Assembly: GCF_964355755.1 (NCBI RefSeq) | Contig: NC_092673.1 | Coordinates: 2,976,001-3,040,000 of the forward strand | Direction of reading: 5' to 3' | DNA: 64,000 nt | Origin: Antedon mediterranea | Taxonomy: Eukaryota > Animalia > Echinodermata | Shown: positions 1 to 22,612 of the stretch, piece by piece | Numbering within the stretch: the first letter of the stretch is position 1 | Layout of the letters: each line of letters begins with the position of its first letter | The notes under the pieces: model-generated | Told to the model about the DNA's origin: nothing | Database searches by the model: none | Seen by the model: the letters and a program-made list of their open reading frames with translations, nothing else | Translations under genes and position numbers: made by a program

Positions 1-3132
<3,132 letters not shown>

Positions 3133-3386
3133 CTTGATCTTTTAAAATGTCGCCCTCAAGAAATACTTTTATAAACTAGAGTGTACATTATACATTGACG
3201 CGTTTCAGATCGTAAGTTTAGGATTAAACAGGGGCATTAAGATTAACAAAATAACGCGTTTTACATAAGTCAAAACGCAAAATGTCATTTATGACATTCC
3301 AGAAAAATGTAAATTTTGAAAGTTTTTTTATTGTGCATGGAAAGAAAAAAGTAGACAAGAAAAAAAACCTAAATATATCACATAAT
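3133..3386. promoter_or_regulatory. Probable bidirectional promoter SUCLG1/MED28
   Basis: The divergent start codons at 3132 (-) and 3387 (+) are only 254 bp apart. Confidence 0.75.
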
Positions 3387-4593
3387 ATGGCCGCTGGTGG
3401 AGGAGAGAAGAACTTGGCCGAAGAAATGGAAAATGCATTCACTGTATGTTTTAGTTATAACAATGAAATATTGTTTAAAGTAACCATATCACTAGTTTAA
3501 CTCTAGGCCCCCATTATGCAGTATAAACTTTGAATACCCAGGCGTGTTCGACGCTGGAAGGGCCGTGCGGATGAACATAAACAATGAGGTCTACAGGGCC
3601 TAGCACACACACATAACTGTTTCTGCATTTTATGCACAACACACATTGAAGAGATGTTTTTCTATTGACCAGAAGTTGTCTAGGCCTAATTAATAATTGC
3701 GACAGGCTGTTACTTTTAAAACAATTTTAAATTATAAAAATTACTATTTTTAAATATTTAATATAGTAGATCAAATTAAAATGTATATTATTATAAAAGG
3801 AATGAAAACATTTGTTACTAATAGTCTAGAATAATAGCGTATTTATATTTATAGGTTACTAACATTATAATACTCTACTTCTAGTTCAGTGACCATGAAA
3901 AGTAAATTATTTATATTTCTTCTTAAAGGGTTGCTTATCAAACTTGACAAATCAAGAACATTTTAACATTGTAGATTATATGGAAGTAAAAACAGGTAAA
4001 AATAGTGACATCAATAATAATATTAATTTACACCAATATTACATCTTTATTCATAAAAACATCTTGATTTATTGAATTAAAATTGTTTTGTATTGTATTT
4101 CAAGGTGTGGAACAGGCTGTTCAAAAGTTCCTAGATGTAGCCAAAGAAATGGAAACATTCTTTCTTCAAAAACGTTTGTTACTTTCCAATAGTCATCCAA
4201 ACCAATTAGTGAGAGAGGTAAATAAACCTTTACAATTTACTGAAAGTCAGCAATGTAAATTATCATGAATTATTTTCTTGTTATTAATTTTAAAAACCCC
4301 ATTTCTTGCAGGAATGTGACGACTTGCAGGTTGAGCTCCGACGCAAAGATGTATTGATCCAAAAACAGATGAGACGATTACAGCACTGGCAGGGGGTTTT
4401 CCAATCATGTGAAAAGGGTGCACCTCCTCCCCCACCACAGCCACAACAGCAGCAACAACAAATGCCACAGATGTCCAGACAACAGTTCATGGGCACACCA
4501 GGTCATGGAAGTTTCCAAAACCAAGCTCATCAAAGCCCACTAGCTCACTTGGCCCAGGCTGCTTCAAATATAGGGGGTGGCTTTGATAGGTGA
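3387..4593 (+). CDS. MED28: Mediator complex subunit 28
   Basis: Exons 3387-3443, 3929-3995, 4105-4217 and 4312-4593 with GT-AG introns. GVEQAVQKFLDVAKEMETFFLQKRL, ELRRKDVLIQK...LQHWQ and LAHLAQAASNI match MED28 as recalled. Confidence 0.93.
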
Positions 4594-5325
4594 TTAGGTT
4601 GCTGGAAGATGAATACATTAAAATACAATTGAAGGAACAATGGATGCTAAAAAGATTGCCATTAAAGTACCGCAGAGGTTGGACAAATATCTTTTACATC
4701 GAAGGGTCTGTTACAGTATTCCTTTCTGTACACTACAAAATGTGTGCGCTACAGATATTTTGTAACACATTACTGTACATACAGGTTACACACAAAAAAG
4801 TGTTGAGGCTCAGGTAGTAGTCAAGTTTAATATTCGTAAAAAGAAAAACATATTGGGACACACATCATCTCATACTATACTTTAGCTGGAAACAGCTATT
4901 TAAAAAGAAACAATAGAGATGTGTCTACTGTCCTCAATTATTGAAATAAACACTAATTCAAGTACATACTCTGTAGTTTTATTAAATTTTCTGTATTCTA
5001 TTAGTTATCATTGTATCTATTATTGTACACGTACATTAACTAAAAGATGTATGCCAACACACTTCACATTCCAAAGCAGTCAATAGATGATTAGTAATTG
5101 GAAACATAATTTTATTTTCATAGTTTTAATGGAAAAACACCATCATTATTGCTATTACTGTATTATTATTGCATAAAATCACATGCATCAATGATTTTGG
5201 TAGGAAAATGGACCATTCCATTTTGACAGTAGTCAGCAGCCAAAATATTTATGTATGCAGGAGAAGTAAATACCTATTATTACTTTTACATTGTTAAAAT
5301 GAGTATTGAAAAATTTAAAAAGATA

Positions 5326-5465
5326 AGCTCTATCACACTATCAAACTAGTTTGAGAAAAAAAGTGTGATGTGTCTAAATATGGTAGTGATATGACATCAT
5401 CATGTCCATATATGGGTACATAACATTTTTTTGTTCACATAAAATTTGATAGTGTAGACAGAGCT
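5326..5465. mobile_element. MITE family A
   Basis: Family A TIRs: AGCTCTATC-ACACTATCAAACT...GATAGTGTAGACAGAGCT. Confidence 0.85.
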
Positions 5466-5957
5466 TCAGAAAATTCAAGGTAAAAAATGACCAGCGACTG
5501 CAATATACACATTTATTTAGTACTATTTCGTAAACTAAACTAAAACTCCAAGTAGCCCGACACACAAGTTGTATATTGCAAATAGTTTGTTTTGTTCTTT
5601 GAATTGAAACCTTTCAAACAGTTATCTGGTGTTTTGTGGACGATGTTTTCTGGTATATGTCTCGGGCACCTCTGGGAGCAAGGATCTTGTCTGCCTTCCC
5701 CATCAACGGAAATCCACACATTCACAAATCATACAAAACTTTTTCACAATGGCGTTTTGGTTCAACATCCTCCCCACCTTTGTGATTGATATACAATACA
5801 GTGTTTATGAATGTTATTTAGATTAAAAAATTTAGCACCACTGACTTGACTTGATTCGGGCAATGATTATTTCAGTTTTATTTTGCTGCCCTCAATAGTC
5901 TAAAGCTCTGTCTACACTAGCAAACTAGTTTGACAAAAAAAGTGTGAAGTCATATGC

Positions 5958-12340
<6,383 letters not shown>

Positions 12341-12358
12341 GATGGATGATGATGATGA

Positions 12359-13238
12359 TGTTATGCGCGATTTGAACGATTTGCGCAATTTGAAATTGCG
12401 CAAAAAAATCCTTGCGCAATTTGAAATTGCGCAAAGAATTCTTGCGCAATTTAAAATTGCGCAAGGATTTTTTTGCGCAATTTCAAATTGCGCACTCAAC
12501 TTGCGCAATTTGAAATTGCGCAAGAAAATCTTTGCGCAATTTTAAATTGCGCTGCACAATTTGTAAATTGCGCAAGATAGTTCTTGCGCAAAATGACACC
12601 TTTGCGCAATTTGAAAACGAACTGTAAATTTTCAAATTGCGCAACAAAATTCTACCAGACAATCGGTATTATAATAATTTATTGGAAACTAAATAACTCA
12701 AAATAAAACATAATAAATGCGAAGATAACATGTGTATAATAAATACATAACATTTATTATTACAATTAAATAATATTATCACTGTAACTTGAAATAAATC
12801 AAAATAAATGTAAAAATTAAGTTTTTAATATTAGTTTAAGCTAGGCCATGTAACCTAGTCAGTATTAGTAGTCCAGACCCTAGCTAGGCTAGAGTAGTAT
12901 AGCCGGCCGCCCGCGCCGCGCCCGCCTGGTGGAACACCACCGCTTCGTTTTCCTTCGTCGGTTCTTCGACGGTATGCTAACTTATAACAATATTTGCACT
13001 ACTAAAATAAGGAAATGCGATATTTATCTTTAATTTTGAATCATTCTTAGAAATTACTATAAAAATATGGGTGTGCATGATTTCACAATCTGTCGAAAAA
13101 CCTTGCGCAATTTGCAGATTACTTGCGCAATTTAATACGTTGCTTGCGCAATTTGAAACACATGTTTCAATTCAAATTGCGCAAGGATTTTTTTTGCGCA
13201 ATTTCAAATTGCGCAAATCGTTCAAATCGCGCATAACA
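12359..13238. mobile_element. Non-autonomous Ginger-like DNA transposon, copy 1 (TTGCGCAA-rich)
   Basis: TGTTATGCGCGATTTGAACG...CGTTCAAATCGCGCATAACA; TIR ~70 bp; flanks ATGA/ATGG; ~20 TTGCGCAA motifs; ends 18 bp upstream of the LAP3 ATG. Confidence 0.85.
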
Positions 13239-14610
13239 ATGGTTTTTAATCTGGTTCCCGGCGCCGCGGCAAGATGGCTTATATGGAACGCTAAAAAGGT
13301 AAAAATAACGCAAGGGCCATCTGGTGTGGTAAACAAGAAATATTTCTTACAAAAAACGATGCTTAACATTTTAAAATGAATCATTGTTCTTTCTTCAGAT
13401 CTATTTGTAATTAATTATTAAAAAGATGTCCTTTAATCGCAAAAATACGTACAAATCAAAGATAGTTTTTAATTATGAATCACATGCCCATTTAAAAATG
13501 GTAAATGTTGAACTTTAATGTGCTGTGTGTGACCTCAACCTGTAGGCATGCAACTGAATACTCTCTAGCTAGAGATTGTGACTTCACAGAGCGGTGAGAA
13601 ATTCTTCCCAGTCTGTTGATTCACGTCAACCAATCAAAGGGCGAGAATCCAAAATCGTTCAACCGTGAGCCCTCATAGACTCTCTTTTCCCAGACGTTTT
13701 TTGGGTCCAGCAGCTGGGATCTATAAATTATAGTCGAGTTTACAAAGTCGCAAAACTGTCGGCCTTAGATACTATAACTGCTTCTTGCTTTAGCTTCTGA
13801 ATGAGTAGTCCTCATGGGACGTAGCTGGCAAGAGCAGCAGCGTGAAAATGGAATTTCTGAAACCAAAAACTTCATGTGACCTTATATCCCATTTTGGCAG
13901 ATATTTTTTATTTGAGAATTGTATATGCCATTCATTAATTAAAACAGCAACAATTGAGCTGTGTAAATTAAAAGAATTCTCCAACATTAACGGTTTTAGA
14001 GAAACACGATGTTTGTTCGTGACCATTTCATTCATTAACATACTTGGAACAGTATTGCTACATAACGGTAGCATTATTAACATCAAATAATTTTCTACGA
14101 CAGATAAGATTAAGACAGATTAAAACAGTTTCAAAATGTGACGAAACAATATTAATAAACCGGCATATCAAAAATAACATTTAATAAAAACTTAATTAAT
14201 TTTTTCGTGCGAAAATACATAACGAATACGCACATAAGGCCAATTCATTATCAAACTGAGCTCATGTAAACTTAGACGTCAATACAATTTAATATCAACA
14301 CGAAATGTCTATTCAATTTCCAACCGTTTTACAGACGTAGACGTTTGTCTCCATCCTTTCTGATCCGGTTCAGAAAATTCTTTTGTTGCATTTTTATTGT
14401 CCTTGACTTTTTTGGTCATCGTACCGTACAAACTACAATACAAAAGAGAGTAAAACACGCGAAAGAAAGCTTTAATTGTAGGCCTATAAAAGGATCAAAG
14501 GATTTGGTTTGATATCGTGTCAAGATTGATTCAGAGCAGTAGACATATCCTAGGCCTAGAGCACACTGACTTATCTGAGTTTCATGATCTTGTTCCGCTG
14601 TACAATCTAA

Positions 14611-17600
14611 ATGGCGTTTTTGCAACAGACGTTCAGTAATGTACTTCGACGTAGAGCATTGAATATCAATAATTTAGATACAGAGCTACACAGATGTCTG
14701 TCAACGTTTGATCTTACAATGGTGGGAACAAGTTACACTTTAGGAATTGGATTATTCGTTCTCATTGGTACTGTAGCTAAAACTATGGCGGGACCTGCTG
14801 TCATTTTCTCTATCATTATCACAGCCGTATGTGCCTTGTTTTCGGCATTATGCTACGCCGAGTTTGGTTGCAGAGTGCCAAAAGCAGGCAGTGCGTATCT
14901 TTACGCGTATGTAACGGTTGGAGAGATATGGGCTTTCGTAATTGGTTGGAATATGATTCTGGAGTACATAGGATGTGCCGCTGGAGTGTCTTCAGGTTTT
15001 GCGGCAACCATTGGTGATACATTCGATGGTCTTATTCATAACTTAACAGTAGAATATCTTATGGATGGACATCCATGGCAGTCTCTTTACATCGCTAAAT
15101 ATCCAGATTTATTAGCTGGACTGTTAATCATCGTTTTTACAACAGTGTTACTATATGGAGCTGAAATTTCATCGAAACTAAATAAAGTTTTAGTTGGTAG
15201 TTTATTGGTTGTTCTAATGATATTAATCGTGTATAGTTTGAAGTTTGCGAATCTTTCAAATTGGACGGACAATGGAGGATTCTTTCCGTTTGGAATGAAA
15301 GGTGTGTTCGAAGGAGCAGCGCAATTATTTTTCCTCTTTGCTGGCTTTGAAGTTATTTGCACATCAAGCGAGGAATGCACAAATCCTATCAAAAGCATTC
15401 CAATTGCTTTGATACTTACAATTGTTATCAACGCAGTGTTTGGGGTTTTATCAGCTATTTGTCTAACTTTAATGGTTCCTTGGGCCGAAATCGATCAAAA
15501 GGCACCGTTCCCTGGAGCTTTCCGAAGATATCATGAAACCTTTCCTACCTACTTAGTCACAACAGGAATCTTAATAACAATTTCTGGTACCATTTTAAAT
15601 GCTTTGTTTGGTCTATCAAGGTTAATATACGCTATATCATCAGATGGACTTTTATTTTTATTTCTTAGAAGTCTATCTCAGAATCGCGTTCCAACCAAAA
15701 CAATTTTAACCATAGGAGCGTTTTCGTTCGTTTTAGCCGTGTTTCTTAACTTTCATACATTGATTCAACTTTTAAATATTGGTAGCATCGTTTCATATCT
15801 TATTATAGCGACTTTGTTAATTGTTATCCGATACAGGCCAGAGGAAGATAATAACATATTCTATCGGGTTGAAAACGCCGAGGAGTGGAAACACGATAAA
15901 ACGGAATCTGACGTAATAGGTGGTACCCTTAAAACACAGTTTAAGTGTTTGAGTTTCCTAGACAGTGAAACACCAGGAAAGATCGTTGTGATTTCTCTCG
16001 CAGTCTTCATATCATGTTGTGGGTGCCTCATCTTTATCATGTTTAATACAAACCAAAGTTGGGGCGTTTTTCATATAGCTTTGGCTGTTGGGGCATGTCT
16101 GAGTATATGTGTTATTCTTCTCCATAACCAAAACCAAGAAAACCCACCATTCAAAGTAAGTCTACTCTCAAGACAAACAGTTTCTACTATATTTCTACAA
16201 ATACGATTTTAAAGCGTGGTTCCCATTAGCGATGCAACGTAACGCAATTTACGCAAACGTAAGGAAATGCCCTTCCAATAATTGTGTTTGTCCCCGCCTG
16301 CGTGAAATCAAACCTGCGATGTTTGCAGCACTATTGTGCGTCGTCGGTTCCCACTAGAACGCAATGCAGCGCGACGTATTGACGCAAAGTGATGTATTGC
16401 GTAATCACAAGTGGGAACCGACGACGCAGGCGGGGGAAAACACAATTATTGGAAGGGCATTTTCTTACGTTGCGTAGGTTGCGTTACGTTGCGTCGCTAG
16501 TGGGAACCAAAATAATGGAGTCTACACTGCTGGACGTTAACCTGTTCTTTTTTTCATGTTTTAGGTTCCGCTTGTTCCCTTCATTCCCGTGCTGTCAATC
16601 ATATGTAACTTGTTCCTCTTGGCAAATCTATCAGCTTTTACCTGGATACGTTTTCTAGTTTGGGTGATTATCGGTAAATAAACATGTTACTTGAATAACG
16701 TAAAAATATTCCACTGTAACATTTAAATGTCAGTAAAAGAAAACATCGTAATGCTAATGACGAAATTATACAAATAAAAAAATTATACAAATACAAAAAC
16801 GTCACTAAGTTCTGCAATTACAATGTAATTAAATGCGTTACTAAAGCGTGGTTCCCACTAGCGACGCAACGCAAGGACGTAACGCAACGCAAGTGAATTG
16901 ACCAATCACAAGCGATGGCTTATTCGCTTGTGATTGCTAACTGTCTATAACTTCGCTTGTCATTGGTTAAAACGCTTGCGTTGCGTTTACGTCCTTGCGT
17001 TACGTTCTAGTGGGAACCAAGCTTTACAAAGCACGAAAACAAGTAAGACCAAACTTGACAATTATGTATTTATTTAACAACATCTTTAAGCTTTGTCTAG
17101 CCTACACTATCAAACTTTATGTGATGTTTCCATATATGGACATGATGATGTCATATCACTACCATATTTAGCATATCACTACCATATTTGGGCACGTATC
17201 ACAGTTTTTTTGTCAAACTAGTTTAATAGTGTAGACAAAGCTTTATACAGGATTACACAATCAGGTAAAAGAAAACACGTTTTTCAATGTGGTCCTGTGT
17301 TAAATACAAACAAATCAGGAAAAATAATGTTTAGTTTTGTGGAAAAAATGAGCCATGATAGGTACCATATACAACGTATACAGGCCTACAATTATTATAT
17401 GCAATGAAAATAATTATTTTACCTAATACACTGTATACGATTATCATTGTAAATACCTAATACTAGTACATCATATTGTTAATGAGTAAATTAATTAATT
17501 GTTCACAGGTTTGCTAATTTATGCAATGTACGGTTACCATAACAGCATCATGATACCAAAAGAGTGCGATGACCCCCAATCAGATTCACCACTGTTGGCA

Positions 17601-17672
17601 GCACCAAATGGGGACGAAAATCCTGATTTCGGAACGATGGAGTTGTCCGAAATATCAGCACAAGACAAGTGA
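14611..17672 (+). CDS. Cationic amino acid transporter (SLC7A CAT subfamily, APC superfamily)
   Basis: Exons 14611-16155, 16565-16673, 17509-17672. Motifs LHRCLSTFDL, ALCYAEFGCRVPKAGSAYLYAY, FVIGWNMILEY and the C-terminal CAT domain FKVPLVPFIP...TWIRFLVW...YGYHNS. Confidence 0.92.
16212..16510. mobile_element. MITE family B (Harbinger-like), long form
   Basis: TIR AGCGTGGTTCCCA(C/T)TAGCGA...TCGCTAGTGGGAACCA. Confidence 0.8.
16844..17023. mobile_element. MITE family B, short form
   Basis: TIR AGCGTGGTTCCCACTAG...CTAGTGGGAACCAAGCT; TAA/TTA flanks; internal CCAATCACAAGCGA. Confidence 0.85.
17089..17242. mobile_element. MITE family A
   Basis: Family A TIRs and core. Confidence 0.8.
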
Positions 17673-19093
17673 CAAATAAGGCTTAGGCGGTTGCATACTA
17701 CATTTTTGTATCATCGGGAAAGAGTTAAATTACACTCTGATCTTCCCTGATTTGTATTAATAATTATGGACATTTTGGAGGATATAGTCAATAAAGATTT
17801 GACGAGGTGAATTTCTTCTTGCGTAATGTTTTATGGCAAAGTTATTTATTTATTTATTATTTCATTAAATACTTCTAACATGTTCTTGTATTTGTGTTGG
17901 TCAAGGAATAGTAAAAAGTACACTTCTCACAGCCATGGTCGAGATGATTGATTTGTTTTTTGTTTTGTATGTCGTACGGTAACTTTTACTATTCTTTTCT
18001 TTTTATATAACCTCTTTGTTTAGTTTTAATAAAACATTTCATCTGATATTTATTTTTAAAACTGCAGAGTTTTCTTTTCGTTTGTTTTTTTGTTCATTAT
18101 ATAATTTAGTTCAGTTATAAATTGATGAATAACGTGATTTATTTTGTTCAGTAAGAGTAGAATAACAATGCTAATAGTAATGATGCAGTCATTTACGGTG
18201 GCCTATCCAAACTCATCTATTTCATCTTGGTATTTATTTAACTGGCAAATTCAGTTCTTTTTATCTGTTCTAATATTCGTTAGAATTGGTTTTTTTTCTG
18301 TGTATAATATATGAGTATCCTGTCTTCCGTTGTTTTGGTTTCCGGGCCTAACTGTTCCGAACTGTCACGACTACGATTATGTACAGTATTTTATATTCAG
18401 AGAACTTTCAAAAACATCTAGATATTCCCCACGTCTCTATTAAAGGTATGCCTACATACGTGTTTCTTTCTATCCATAAAGCATGGTGATCATTTTTTTT
18501 TCTTTATAATTTGTTTTACTTTTTTATTATGTGTCATATAACCTATATTTCATTTCATTTCATTAATTATTTGGTCTATTTAAGTATATAAAAAACGTTT
18601 TAAAAAACTGAAATTGGGGAGACCAGGGTCAACCTAAGTGAACTTAATCACTGTAGCTGAGCCGGTTTACCCAACCCCAAAGTCAGTTTACACATAATTA
18701 TAGTTTACCTATAAAAAGGTATTGTCTCCCCTCCCCCAAATGAAAATTAAAGATTAAAATTAGACTGGGTCATTTTAGTTTTAATAGTTAAAATCACAGG
18801 AAAAATGTTTTCACTTATAAAAAAGACAAATTAAACAGTTATTCAACCAAAAACCCTCAGGATTCAGAATCAATTAGGCCTATATATTTTGTATTTAAAC
18901 GGGCATTTTGCTTATAGATACAAGAGTTTTAGCTGAGTGTGCAGCTAAGAGCTAGCTAATTTGTATACACTTATTACAGCAGTTGATATGAAAACATTTC
19001 ACTATACATAAACATATATCACATTTTCTATAAAATTAAACATTAAGTAGATATAAGTTATAGTAGAAATGAATAAAATAGAAAATTCTTGGG

Positions 19094-19250
19094 CCTTGTC
19101 TACACTATCAAACCTTATGTGACAAAAAATGTGATGTGCCCATATATGGACATGATGATGTCACATTACTACTATATTTGGGAATATCACTACCATAAAT
19201 GGGCACATCACACTTTTTTGTCAAACTAGTTTGATAGTGTAGACAGAGCT
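19094..19250. mobile_element. MITE family A
   Basis: Family A TIRs and core. Confidence 0.8.
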
Positions 19251-19449
19251 TTAGGCCTATTTTATCTTGATAATAGGAGGAACATTCCAAGGAATAATAA
19301 TGGCGAAGAATCCATTCTTTCTCATTTCCGATAACTTTGATTCATTTCCCTCTCGTCGAACTCTAGCTGAGATATTATCAGTAATGTGAGTTGTCTTTTA
19401 CTTCTACAAAATGTACTACCTTTCTATTGGCAGATAATTTTTTAATAAC

Positions 19450-20008
19450 TTAACATAATTATATATATAGGTCTTTGAATTTGGACGGAGCTCAATCTTG
19501 ACTTCGTTAAGTTTCAAGTGCTCGACTAAGAATATAAGTGGTACACCATTATGATAATATTGTTTCGTCAAGGTTGTCAAGCTTATCAGCTAAAGCTTGG
19601 TTCCCGCTAGAACGTAACGCAATGACGTAAACGCAACGCAAGCGTTTTAACCAATGACAAGCGAAGTTATAGACAGTTGGCAATCACCAGCGAATAAGCC
19701 ATCGCTTGTGATTGGTCAATTCACTTGCGTTGTGTTACGTCCTTGTGTTGCGTCGCTAGTGGGAACCGGACCTATCAATTAGTTATAATACATTTCATGT
19801 TCAGTTGTTGTTCGTTTATCGTTCGTATATAGTATGGGTAAACGGGACCTTTATCTTGCGCAATTAAAGTTATTAACGTTAAATTTTGCATGTGTATAAT
19901 TCAAGGTTTTAACTTACTTCGGGTTATTAATTATTGTGGGGTTGTTAATCATTAATTATTGCGTGCGTCTCTCCCGGCGTGCGTATATAGGCCTATAGGC
20001 TATCGGTA
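19450..20008 (+). repeat. Direct repeat copy 1 upstream of GPCR (interrupted by a family B MITE at 19593-19768)
   Basis: Colinear with 21445-21810 (AGCTCAATCTTGACTT...GCGTGCGTCTCTCCCGGCGTGCGTA...GGCTATCGGTA) once the MITE is removed. Confidence 0.85.
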
Positions 20009-20396
20009 CGCATCACACAGTCAATAAATTGACTATGGTACGCATTGAACGCAAAACAAAACACCGTCGACTCTGTTAGAAGAACGATCAACAACAATGC
20101 TGTCACCTGTTTTTACCGGCGGAAAATTACGATCGCTGATTTGCTGCGCAATACAGTGTCATTTCCGACCATCTAGAGATGCCATTTACCAAAATTCAAG
20201 TACTTTTCTGATCCCCCTCCCCCGATATGGTGGATCCGCCCCTATTTGTGACGCATGCGCGACTATTTTATAAATTGTTTCATACAAAACGCTGGTCTCT
20301 CAGAAAAGTTGTTTAAATTAGCTAAGGCAACGAATCTGAATTTCTTGAAACAGATAAAATGCAATCCGCTTGGTAAACGATAATTTAACATTGGCT

Positions 20397-21320
20397 ATGG
20401 CTGCTGAATTTGGAAATGTAACGTCGCCGCCTAGCACAACGTGGCAAGATCCGTTATTTGTTGTGATATTCCGATGGTTTATTGCTTCAACCGGTATCGT
20501 TGGAAACGCAATCACTATATTTGTGTTTGTTTACAACAAAACTTACAAAAAATCTCTGTCGTTGAAACTACTTTTAAATCAGACACTGATTGACTTTTTT
20601 GGATCGTGTATGTTTTTTATATTTTTTTGTCCTCATGCCTTCGTTACTAAAGGAATTGCATTTTGTAAAATGCTATTTTTCTTTTATTGGTCGACTGCGG
20701 CGTCTTCATACAACCTGGTCACGCTAACAATCGAACAGTACATCGCAGTGGTTCATCCAGTATATTATCGTAAGAGAACTGTACGTGGTAAAATCACATA
20801 TTTATCGATTACTTTACCGTACATCTTTAGCTTTTTCGTTGGTCTATGTGTTCTAATATACGAAGATGTTAACACAACATTAAATATATGTAAACTAGAT
20901 ATCGATAAATCGTACCTCATCATTTTGATTATTGTTGATTGGTTTGTACCTATAACCATCCTAACATATTGTCACCTAAAAATGATGTTAGTGTTAACGA
21001 AACCAATCAATGCCGTACAACAGGAACGCCCAGCATGGCAACAGCCTAACGACATTAAACGTACCGCTCATGTAAATTTGATAAAAACACTTTTTTCGAT
21101 AGCAACTGTATATATCGTTACTATAACTCCACATGCTATTGGTGTGGTTATTTACTGTTTATGGAATGACGTCAACAGGAATGCTGTATACAGCGTATCT
21201 GTATTATTGTTAGATTTAAATCTAACTGCCAATCCGTTCATCTATTGCATGTCCTACAGCGAATTTAAACGTGGAATTGGTAAAATTAAAAACGACATTA
21301 TTTTAAGTTTCCAGACGTAA
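20397..21320 (+). CDS. Intronless rhodopsin-family GPCR (orphan, peptide-receptor-like)
   Basis: Seven hydrophobic segments; GIVGN (TM1), EQYIAVVHP in place of DRY, NPFIY (TM7), N-terminal NVT sequon. First in-frame ATG is at 20397. Confidence 0.88.
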   Translation: MAAEFGNVTSPPSTTWQDPLFVVIFRWFIASTGIVGNAITIFVFVYNKTYKKSLSLKLLLNQTLIDFFGSCMFFIFFCPHAFVTKGIAFCKMLFFFYWSTAASSYNLVTLTIEQYIAVVHPVYYRKRTVRGKITYLSITLPYIFSFFVGLCVLIYEDVNTTLNICKLDIDKSYLIILIIVDWFVPITILTYCHLKMMLVLTKPINAVQQERPAWQQPNDIKRTAHVNLIKTLFSIATVYIVTITPHAIGVVIYCLWNDVNRNAVYSVSVLLLDLNLTANPFIYCMSYSEFKRGIGKIKNDIILSFQT

Positions 21321-21444
21321 AGATCCAGTAATAATGCTAATTTAACATTTAGTTACAGAACTTATACTGAATATACTGTATATCAATATTTTAGTGTATC
21401 AAAAGGCAAATTACTTACTTATAATTATGAAATGACAATACATC

Positions 21445-21810
21445 TTTAACATAATTATATAGGTCTTGGTTTGACGTAGCTCAATCTTGACTTTGTTAAG
21501 TTTCAATTGCTCGACTAGAACATTAAGTGGTATACCATTTAAGATAATATTGTTTCGTCTGCACAAGGTTGTCAAGCTTATTAGTTAAGCCTAATTCATG
21601 GACCTATAAATTAGTTATAATACATCTCATGTTTAGTTATTGTTGTTCGTTTATCGTTCGTAGCATAAACCAGGACTTGTATATTAGCTTGCGCAATTAA
21701 AGTTATTAACATTAAATTTTACAGGTGTATAATTCAAGGTTTTAACTTATTAGGGTTGTTAATCTGCGTGCGTCTCTCCCGGCGTGCGTACATATATATA
21801 GGCTATCGGT
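21445..21810 (+). repeat. Direct repeat copy 2 downstream of GPCR
   Basis: ~365-bp diverged copy of 19450-20008 that lacks the MITE. Confidence 0.85.
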
Positions 21811-22424
21811 ATATCAATGTTCAATGTATAAATTAAAAGGCAAATTACTGATTAAAATGACAATGATGCGGATAGTGACTGGATCTCAATGGAGATAAAA
21901 GTAAAAAAGGCATAAGCAAAAAGCTAAAATCAAAACGATAAAGCAAAACGAACAGAATAAATTGCGGAGCTTTAGATATAACACTAACACTTCTTCTCGA
22001 TCCTCAGTGTGGCCAATGTGAATGTAGGCCCGTATAATAGTTGATCTAAGCATTATAGGCCTACATTCCATTACAACTACACTTCTTTAACAACATTATT
22101 TTTCAAACGTCAAGCGTCTTTAGGCCTACCGTATTTAAGTATAAATTGTGTTGATCCTATCTCGTATTTATTTCCATTACTGTTTTCCTGTGTTGTCAAT
22201 TAAATGATCCATTTTTATATCTTATGCTCACTTAACAACAAGATGTTTTTAAATCATTTTGAGGCATTTGCTCCTACTCACTGTTCTCCGATGTTCACGT
22301 TCACACATCTCACTGTACGGTGATAAAAGTCAGAGTCAGTCAATAAATGCTATGAATTGAAAACAGTTTTGTCTATTTTTTTTAAAATACATAATATGTT
22401 AGGTATAGAGTATCAGTAGTTCTA

Positions 22425-22612
22425 AAGGTTGGTTCCCACATGTGACGCAATGCAAGCGAGTTGACCAATCACACACGACTCTTCAAATTAATAATCCATC
22501 GCTTGTGATCTCTAGAGTCAAAACACTGCACACTGCGTTGCGTCCCTTGCGTTGCGTCCCTTGCGTTGTCCCTTACGTTGCGTCCCTTGCGTTGCGTCCT
22601 AGTACCAAGCTT
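22425..22612. mobile_element. MITE family B, degenerate
   Basis: TGGTTCCCACA...GACCAATCAC...CTAGTACCAAGCTT with an internal (TTGCGTTGCGTCCC)n expansion. Confidence 0.7.
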
